Shown here in pieces: positions 50,401 through 61,400 of a DNA stretch of 64,000 nt. The stretch comes from Bugula neritina. Lineage: Eukaryota > Animalia > Bryozoa. Made by a program: the position numbers and the translations under genes. The first letter of the stretch is position 1; the number at the start of each line of letters is the position of its first letter. Location of the stretch: the NCBI GenBank assembly GCA_964035545.1, contig OZ037772.1:13018818-13082817 (forward strand), given 5' to 3'. A model generated the notes under the pieces. The model was not told the origin of the DNA and searched no databases. It worked only from the letters and a program-made list of their open reading frames with translations.

Positions 50401-53400
50401 ATCAGTTAGTGTATCAGTTAGTATACCAGTTAGTATATCAGTTAGTACATCAGTTAGTATATCAGTTAGTATATCAGTTAGTATACCAGTTAGTATATCA
50501 GTTAGTATATCAGTTAGTATACCAGTTAGTATATCAGTTAGTATACCAGTTACTATATCAGTTAGTATATCAGTTAGTATATCAGTTAGTATATCAGTTA
50601 GTATACCAGTTAGTGTATCAGTTAGTATACCAGTTAGTATATCAGTTAGTATATCAGTTACTGTATATACTGATAGAGCTCACAATATCATTGAATTCTT
50701 CCTTCTTCTCTCCGAGTTCATCGTCTCCCTCCCAGTCACGGATGAGAAAGATGAGAGAGTTGAACAGCGCCTTGCTCTCGGGGTCTGCTTCGGCGTAGTC
50801 TGCACACAACTGTCACCAAATATACAGCAACTCTGTTGAGTTTTCCTTCACAATTTGGAGTTGTCTACTCAAAGCTAAGTACGAGACAGTGGGTTTGGTT
50901 TGGTGGAACTAGATGACTAAGAGTTGTGTACTCTGCTAATGCATGCACATCTCCAGAGCTTCTAAGTCTATTATATATTTGAGAGCTTTAGTGTGCAGTA
51001 TAACTTAAGGGATGAGATATTTCAACTACTTCATTCTAGAGAACTTTAGATAATATTTTTAGATATATAAAATAAATAGGTTTGCATTTACATTAACCCA
51101 CAGAAAAATAGGTTTGTATTTACATCTAAGCGCTCCATATCAGTAGCCTGTAGAACCCCTTTAAGGTTGAGAATCTGAATGCTTGCCATTTGGACTCCCA
51201 TGTAGAGGATGAGGTTGTCCAGAGTTGGGCTGCTTAGCCTCGCGTCTCCAGTTCCCTGGCAGTCCATCAGCAGAATGGCTACCTGGAGTATTACATAATA
51301 ACTATACTATATACCTGTAGTATTACATAATAACTACTGTATACCTGGAGTATTACATAATAACTACTATATACCTGTAGTATTACATAATAACTACTGT
51401 ATACCTGGAGTATTACATAATAACTACTATATACCTGTAGTATTACATAATAACTACTGTATACCTGGAGTATTACATAATAACTACTATATACCTGTAG
51501 TATTACATAATAACTACTATATACCTGGAGTATTACATAATAACTACTGTATACCTGGAGTATTACATAATAACTACTATATACCTGGAGTATTACATAA
51601 TAACTACTATATACCTGGAGTATTACATAATAACTACTGTATACCTGGAGTATTACATAATAACTACTATATACCTGTAGTATTACATAATAACTACTAT
51701 ATACCTGGAGTATTACATAATAACTACTATATACCTGTAGTATTACATAATAACTATACTATATACCTGTAGTATTACATAATAACTATACTATATACCT
51801 GGAGTATTACATAATAACTACTATATACCTGGAGTATTACATAATAACTACTATATACCTGGAGTATTACATAATAACTACTATATACCTGTAGTATTAC
51901 ATAATAACTATACTATATACCTGGAGTATTACATAATAACTACTATATACCTGTAGTATTACATAATAACTACTATATACCTGGAGTATTACATAATAAC
52001 TACTATATATCTGGAGTATTACATAATATCTACTGTATATCTATGATATTATCTACACAACTGAACAAACCCCATTAACAATGAACGGATGATCCCAAAG
52101 CCAGATGCCGTGAGTCACAGCTGTTTTACTCTTAGCCCACCTGCCATCTGTGATCTTCATGTTGCTCTCCTCCCACCCTTCGTCTGTCCCCTCCTACAAA
52201 GGGGAGATAAACCCGAAATTTGGTGACTGGGTAATATTTTCTATAAATTTGGTTAGTTTTGGTGGTTGATGAGCAAATAGTAAGAGCTATTGCTGTAAAC
52301 AAACTATGAATAAACAAAGATGACTTTGATTTCTAATGAATATAATGTCTATAGATTTAACCACTGCCCTGCTGCCAAGCATGCTGTCACTATTGCAATG
52401 ATGATGTCACAAAAATATAAACCTAAAGAGCAACTCCTAATTAATACCACTTTGATATAAACTTCATATCATTCCGGCAGCGTAGCGGTATGATACTATT
52501 TACGTCAAGCATGGTTAAGGCCTTAGAAAGATGTGAACTCACAACTTGGGTACAAATCCATTTCCTACACATAATGTGCCTGTATTTGGTAGTATGGGTG
52601 AGCACATGTTTGGGGACTAGGGAGAGAACCTTTACTTAATGATAGTATGTATATATAATTACAACTTTTAGTGTACTGCACACGACATTGATGGTTTTTA
52701 TAAATAACAAAGTGGTAATAGTACTATCAGTACTATAGTAGTACTACTATCAGTACTAGTACTAGTACTAGTACTGATAGTAGTACTACTATCAGCGCTA
52801 CAGTAGTACTACTATCAGTACTAGTACTAGTACTAGTACTGGTACTAATAGTACTAGTACTACCAGTAGCAGTTCTAGTACTAGTACTGCTACTGGTAGT
52901 AATAGTACTATCAGTGCTACTATAGTACTAATACTACTACTAATAGCAGAGTTCTATGACTTACAAAGTGGTAATAGTCAAGGTACGTCTTCATAAGGTT
53001 CAGAATGAAAGACTTTCCAGATCTGAGAACTCCGGTTATGGAGACAATGAAGACGGGCATATCCTGAGCGTTCCCCCTGTCTATCACATTCCTGAACTCT
53101 TTCACCAGGAACTCCGGTGTCCCGGCTTCCACGTCATCTGGGAACTTGATTATAGCCGTTGGCTTGGCGGGAATTATCCAGTCTTTCACAGTTTGCTGAG
53201 AGTAACATACATGTAGTTATACTCACAGTAACACACATGTAGCTATATTCACAGTTTGCTGAGAGTAACATACATGTAGTTATATAATGACACATAATAA
53301 TTATATAATATATATAATGACACATAATAATTATATAACATATATAATGACACATAGTAATTATATAATATATATAATGACACATAATGATTATATAATT

Positions 53401-53448
53401 GTACTCTAAATATAAACTCACTATCAGAGTGGACACGGCTGCTTCCAT
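47451..53448 (-). CDS. Atlastin/GBP-family (GB1/RHD3) large GTPase with coiled coil and C-terminal CaaX, about 681 aa; exons 53448-53422, 53195-52965, 52193-52071, 51282-51124, 50809-50684, 49960-49807, 49646-49534, 49409-49275, 48803-48676, 48503-47663, 47459-47451
   Basis: G1 IVSITGVLRSGKSFILNL, G2 AVTHGIWLW, G3 LLMDCQG, G4 LIFLIRDW, YALPHPG; about 270-aa E/K/R/Q-rich tail; ends KDKSCT|IL*; all junctions GT-AG and in phase. Confidence 0.88.
47488..47642 (-). repeat. 16-nt repeat ATATTATTTATCTGTT in the terminal (CaaX-splitting) intron
   Basis: Direct reading. Confidence 0.85.
48512..48646 (-). repeat. 24-nt repeat TACTCACTAATATACACCTTATTC running into the acceptor
   Basis: About 6 units. 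Confidence 0.9.
48818..49241 (-). repeat. 17-nt repeat AGTAACTACTCACTAAC (about 25 units)
   Basis: Fills intron 49274-48804. Confidence 0.93.
49967..50668 (-). repeat. 12-nt repeat ATACTAACTGAT (about 58 units, variant ATAGTAACTGAT)
   Basis: Fills intron 50683-49961. Confidence 0.95.
51280..52040 (-). repeat. 30/32-nt repeat GTATATAGTAGTTATTATGTAATACTCCAG (about 24 units); last unit is the true acceptor
   Basis: Fills intron 52070-51283. Confidence 0.95.
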
Positions 53449-54815
53449 GCTTAAATGGTCTAAACTATGAACAGAATGATTTTTAAGCGTTTCCCCAAGT
53501 AACTATTGTCAGTGATTCAAGCAATTGCAATTTTAATATCAAAGCCAATTCTCTGGACGTGTGCTGATGGTGCTTACACCTTGTTGCAATCTCTTGAGCT
53601 GTAATAATTTACCATTTCAAGTACAAATGGCACAGGTAATAGTGGCACAGGTAATAATAGTACAAGGAATAGTAGCACAATTGGAAAATTAGATAAAAAT
53701 GGCACACTGATGTTAAATTTGCCGAAACCCCAAACTCAACCCCCCCCCCTCCAAAGCCCCATATTATAAATGTGTCAATTTTTTGATTTGTGCCATTTTT
53801 ACCTAAAATCATAGTGACTCACCTAGGTGAGATCTAAAGCACTAGCTCACAGTTATAGGTACTCACACACGCAGTAACTCACAGTTATAGGTGCTCACAC
53901 ACTGCAGTATAGTTGGATGAATTTAGATAAGACCCAATAGCCTAATATCCAACAGCTGGGTGTGTTCTTCAAAGTCGGGACATCTAACTACCACCCCTAA
54001 CCACGAGACAGAGATTATTTTAAGAGATACAGCTACGCACTAACACCTTGTTTGACTAGCCATCTGTGAAGGGGAATTTTGGCTTCTACTTGAGATTGTC
54101 AGCAAGCCCTATCAGTGTGGTAGATCACTGAGTAAACAATCAGAGGCTAAGACCCAAGCGGGTGGTGATAACAGAATATACCGCATATCTTCAGATCTTA
54201 GCAGCTCATAATTTTATATTATTATCATAATACCATTATATAATATTATGATATACTGTAGAATAATATAATATTATGATAGAATGTATAATAATATAAT
54301 ATTATGATATACTGTATAATAACATAATATTATGATATACTGTATAATAACATAATATTATGATATACTGTATAATAACATAATATTATGATATACAGTA
54401 CAATAACATAACATAATAAACATAATATAGAGTGTCACAAAGAAATATCTGAGTTAAATTCTTGTCGAGCTTCAAAGTCAGCATTTTATGTGATTAATAC
54501 AGAGCCAAAGGTTGACTGGTACAGCTCTACTGTGAGCACCAAGTATAGAGTGGCACAGCTCTACTGTGAGCACCAAGTGTAGAGTGGCACAGCTCTACTG
54601 TGAGCACCAAGTGAAGAGTGGCACAGCTCTACTATTTGCTGATAAGGTAAGAGTTTACAGTGTAGATTGTAGACAAAAACCACCGGCTAGATTATCAGCT
54701 CCTATTGACTTTACAGACGGAGTAAGAGCTGTGATAGTAGAATTACCTGGTGTACTTGCTCAACAGTCCTTAGCACTTGAAAGGTAAGTAGTAGGTAGTG
54801 TAGCATTATAATATA

Positions 54816-55231
54816 TAATAGTAAGTAACACATATATAGGAGTAAGTAACACATATATAATAGTAAGTAACACATATATAATAGTAAGTAACACATATAT
54901 AGGAGTAAGTAACACATATATAATAGTAAGTAACACATATATAATAGTAAGTAACACATATATAGTAGTAAGTAACACATATATAGGAGTAAGTAACACA
55001 TATATAATAGTAAGTAAGTAACACATATATAATAGTAAGTAACACATATATAATAGTAAGTAACACATATATAATAGTAAGTAACACATATATAATAGTA
55101 AGTAAGTAACACATATATAATAGTAAGTAACACATATATAATAGTAAGTAACACATATATAATAGTAAGTAACACATATATAATAGTAAGTAACACATAT
55201 ATAATAGTAAGTAACACATATATAATAGTAA
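54816..55231 (+). repeat. 21-nt repeat GTAAGTAACACATATATAATA (about 19 units)
   Basis: Follows AAG|GTAAGT at 54784, a possible 5'UTR donor of the plus-strand GTPase. Confidence 0.93.
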
Positions 55232-55474
55232 TTCAGAAGTTTATAGTAGTAAGTGTGTTATGCAGGCTTGTGTTATGCTACTTTCTCTAAATTTTCTGTT
55301 GTTAAAATAGAGCCTGCATGAAACCTGTCTACAAGACTCATAGAGCTTTGTCAAGTTTAACACGCTAAGTTGACCTTGACACGCTAAGTTGACCTTGACA
55401 GGCTGCATTGACTTTGACAGCGATATCTTCAGACTAATGTAAAAAGACATCAGGAGCTATAGTGAGGGTGAGAG

Positions 55475-58400
55475 ATGGCCACACTGACCTCTTACCAAGT
55501 GGTAAGTGTTGTAGCTATGCAGTCACATTGACTTCTACTCTGCCTATATCAGAATACTATTGGACAATGTATGATAACACGGTTTGCTATTGGCTGATAC
55601 ATGACATAGTTTGCTACATACTCAGTAACACAGCTTGCTATTGGCTGCTCTATATGTACTATTAGACCAGTGAGTTTCAACAGCACTTCATTGATCCCAA
55701 TGCCAAGCCTGTGGAGATTGTCACATTTCCTGAAGATATCGAGAACGGCGCCCCGACATTCCTACTGGAAAGGTTCCAGAGTATCCTGGAGAAGCAGGGA
55801 GCTAAGAAGTTGCCCGTCTTCATCATATCCATCACCGGGGTGTTCAGATCCGGCAAGTCTTTCCTGCTCAACCTGATGAAGACCTACATTGAGTACTACA
55901 GTACGGTGAGTAGCCCACCCCTCCCGAGTAGTGTATGATACCCAGTCTATACTCTCAGTCTATACTCTCTCAGTCTATAAATCAGCACCACTGCTAGCTA
56001 CTGTTACAAGAGGATTTGATACACTTATTGTATTTGCTTATAAACTGACTGCAGAATACTAGGATAGACATGTCTGTCCTAGTATTCTGCTAGGTGTAGT
56101 AATACATGCTACTTGGTGTACTAATACATACTACTAGGTGTACTAATACATACTACTAGGTGTACTAATACATACTACTAGGTGTACTAATACATGCTAC
56201 TAGGTGTACTAATACATACTACTAGGTGTACTAATACATACTACTTGGTGTACTAATACATGCTACTTGGTGTACTAATACATACTACTAGGTGTACTAA
56301 TACATGCTACTAGGTGTACTAATACATACTACTAGGTGTACTAATACATACTACTAGGTGTACTAATACATACTACTAGGTGTACTAATACATACTACTT
56401 GGTGTACTAATACATACTACTAGGTGTACTAATACATGCTACTTGGTGTACTAATACATACTACTAGGTGTACTAATACATGCTACTAGGTGTACTAATA
56501 CATACTACTAGGTGTAGTAATACATACTACTAGGTGTACTAATACATACTACTAGGTGTAGTAATACATACTACTAGGTGTACTAATACATACTACTAGG
56601 TGTACTAATACATACTACTAGGTGTACTAATACATGCTACTAGGTGTACTAATACATACTACTAGGTGTACTAATACATGCTACTAGGTGTACTAATACA
56701 TACTACTTGGTGTACTAATACATGCTACTTGGTGTACTAATACATACTACTTGGTGTACTAATACATACTACTAGGTGTACTAATACATACTACTAGGTG
56801 TAGTAATACATACTACTAGGTGTAGTAATACATACTACTAGGTGTACTAATACATACTACTAGGTGTAGTAATACATACTACTAGGTGTACTAATACATA
56901 CTACTAGGTGTACTAATACATACTACTAGGTGTACTAATACATACTACTAGGTGTACTAATACATACTACTAGGTGTACTAATACATACTACTTGGTGTA
57001 CTAATACATACTACTTGGTGTACTAATACATACTACTAGGTGTACTAATACATACTACTAGGTGTAGTAATACATACTACTAGGTGTACTAATACATACT
57101 ACTAGGTGTAGTAATACATACTACTAGGTGTACTAATACATACTACTAGGTGTACTAATACATACTACTAGGTGTACTAATACATACTACTAGGTGTACT
57201 AATACATACTACTAGGTGTACTAATACATACTACTTGGTGTACTAATACATACTACTAGGTGTACTAATACATGCTACTAGGTGTACTAATACATACTAC
57301 TAGGTGTAGTAATACATACTGCTAGGTGTACTAATACATACTACTAGGTGTACTAATACATACTACTAGGTGTAGTAATACATACTACTTGGTGTACTAA
57401 TACATGCTACTAGGTGTACTAATACATACTACTTGGTGTACTAATACATACTACTTGGTGTACTAATACATACTACTAGGTGTACTAATACATACTACTT
57501 GGTGTACTAATACATACTACTAGGTGTACTAATACATGCTACTAGGTGTACTAATACATGCTACTTGGTGTACTAATACATACTACTAGGTGTACTAATA
57601 CATACTACTTGGTGTACTAATACATACTACTAGGTGTACTAATACATACTACTAGGTGTACTAATACATACTACTTGGTGTACTAATACATACTACTAGG
57701 TGTACTAATACATGCTACTAGGTGTACTAATACATGCTACTTGGTGTACTAATACATACTACTAGGTGTACTAATACATACTACTTGGTGTACTAATACA
57801 TACTACTAGGTGTACTAATACATGCTACTAGGTGTACTAATACATGCTACTAGGTGTACTAATACATACTACTAGGTGTACTAATACATACTACTTGGTG
57901 TACTAATACATACTACTAGGTGTACTAATACATACTACTTGGTGTACTAATACATACTACTAGGCGTACTAATACATACTACTAGGTGTACTAATACATG
58001 CTACTAGGTGTACTAATACATACTACTAGGTGTACTAATACATGCTACTAGGTGTACTAATACATACTACTTGGTGTACTAATACATACTACTAGGTGTA
58101 CTAATACATACTACTAGGTGTACTAATACATGCCACTAGGTGTACTAATACATACTACTAGGTGTACTAATACATACTACTAGGTGTACTAATACATACT
58201 ACTAGGTGTACTAATACATGCTACTAGGTGTACTAATACATACTACTTGGTGTACTAATACATACTACTAGGTGTACTAATACATACTACTAGGTGTACT
58301 AATACATACTACTAGGTGTACTAATACATACTACTAGGTGTACTAATACATACTACTAGGTGTACTAATACATACTACTAGGTGTACTAATACATACTAC

Positions 58401-61400
58401 TAGGTGTACTAATACATACTACTAGGTGTACTAATACATACTACTAGGTGTACTAATACATACTACTAGGTGTAGTAATACATACTACTAGGTGTACTAA
58501 TACATACTACTTGGTGTACTAATACATACTACTTGGTGTACTAATACATACTACTAGGTGTACTAATACATACTACTAGGTGTACTAATACATACTACTT
58601 GGTGTACTAATACATACTACTTGGTGTACTAATACATACTACTAGGTGTACTAATACATACTACTAGGTGTACTAATACATACTACTAGGTGTACTAATA
58701 CATACTACTTGGTGTACTAATACATACTACTAGGTGTACTAATACATACTACTAAGTGTACTAATACATGCTACTAGGTGTACTAATACATGCTACTTGG
58801 TGTACTAATACATACTACTAGGTGTACTAATACATGCTACTTGGTGTACTAATACATACTACTAGGTGTACTAATACATACTACTTGGTGTACTAATACA
58901 TACTACTAGGTGTACTAATACATACTACTAGGTGTACTAATACATACTACTAGGTGTACTAATACATGCTGCTAGGTGTACTAATACATACTACTAGGTG
59001 TACTAATACATGCTACTAGGTGTACTAATACATACTACTAGGTGTAATAATACATACTACTAGGTGTACTAATACATACTACTAGGTGTACTAATACATG
59101 CTACTAGGTGTACTAATACATACTACTAGGTGTACTAATACATACTACTAGGTGTACTAATACATACTACTAGGTGTACTAATACATACTACTAGGTGTA
59201 CTAATACATACTACTAGGTGTACTAATACATACTACTAGGTGTACTAATACATGCTACTAGGTGTACTAATACATACTACTTGGTGTACTAATACATACT
59301 ACTAGGTGTACTAATACATACTACTAGGTGTACTAATACATACTACTAGGTGTACTAATACATACTACTAGGTGTACTAATACATACTACTAGGTGTACT
59401 AATACATACTACTAGGTGTACTAATACATACTACTAGGTGTACTAATACATACTACTAGGTGTACTAATACATACTACTAGGTGTACTAATACATACTAC
59501 TAGGTGTACTAATACATACTACTAGGTGTACTAATACATACTACTTGGTGTACTAATACATACTACTAGGTGTACTAATACATACTACTAGGTGTACTAA
59601 TACATACTACTTGGTGTACTAATACATGCTGCTAGGTGTACTAATACATACTACTAGGTGTACTAATACATACTACTAGGTGTACTAATACATACTACTA
59701 GGTGTACTAATACATACTACTAGGTGTACTAATACATGCTACTAGGTGTACTAATACATACTACTAGGTGTACTAATACATGCTACTAGGTGTACTAATA
59801 CATACTACTAGGTGTACTAATACATGCTACTAGGTGTACTAATACATACTACTTGGTGTACTAATACATGCTACTTGGTGTACTAATACATACTACTTGG
59901 TGTACTAATACATACTACTAGGTGTACTAATACATACTACTAGGTGTAGTAATACATACTACTAGGTGTACTAATACATACTACTAGGTGTAGTAATACA
60001 TACTACTAGGTGTACTAATACATACTACTAGGTGTACTAATACATACTACTAGGTGTACTAATACATACTACTAGGTGTACTAATACATACTACTAGGTG
60101 TACTAATACATACTACTTGGTGTACTAATACATACTACTTGGTGTACTAATACATACTACTAGGTGTACTAATACATACTACTAGGTGTAGTAATACATA
60201 CTACTAGGTGTACTAATACATACTACTAGGTGTAGTAATACATACTACTAAGTGTACTAATACATACTACTAGGTGTACTAATACATACTACTAGGTGTA
60301 CTAATACATACTACTAGGTGTACTAATACATACTACTAGGTGTACTAATACATACTACTTGGTGTACTAATACATACTACTAGGTGTACTAATACATGCT
60401 ACTAGGTGTACTAATACATACTACTAGGTGTAGTAATACATACTGCTAGGTGTACTAATACATACTACTAGGTGTACTAATACATACTACTAGGTGTAGT
60501 AATACATACTACTTGGTGTACTAATACATGCTACTAGGTGTACTAATACATACTACTTGGTGTACTAATACATACTACTTGGTGTACTAATACATACTAC
60601 TAGGTGTACTAATACATACTACTTGGTGTACTAATACATACTACTAGGTGTACTAATACATGCTACTAGGTGTACTAATACATGCTACTTGGTGTACTAA
60701 TACATACTACTAGGTGTACTAATACATACTACTTGGTGTACTAATACATACTACTAGGTGTACTAATACATACTACTAGGTGTACTAATACATACTACTT
60801 GGTGTACTAATACATACATACTACTAGGTGTACTAATACATGCTACTAGGTGTACTAATACATGCTACTTGGTGTACTAATACATACTACTAGGTGTACT
60901 AATACATACTACTTGGTGTACTAATACATACTACTAGGTGTACTAATACATGCTACTAGGTGTACTAATACATGCTACTAGGTGTACTAATACATACTAC
61001 TAGGTGTACTAATACATACTACTTGGTGTACTAATACATACTACTAGGTGTACTAATACATACTACTTGGTGTACTAATACATACTACTAGGCGTACTAA
61101 TACATACTACTAGGTGTACTAATACATGCTACTAGGTGTACTAATACATACTACTAGGTGTACTAATACATGCTACTAGGTGTACTAATACATACTACTT
61201 GGTGTACTAATACATACTACTAGGTGTACTAATACATACTACTAGGTGTACTAATACATGCCACTAGGTGTACTAATACATACTACTAGGTGTACTAATA
61301 CATACTACTAGGTGTACTAATACATACTACTAGGTGTACTAATACATGCTACTAGGTGTACTAATACATACTACTTGGTGTACTAATACATACTACTAGG

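Noticed and set aside
49767-50798. 343-aa plus-strand ORF with (YQLV)n
   Set aside because: Antisense to the GTPase gene; product of the 12-nt intronic repeat.
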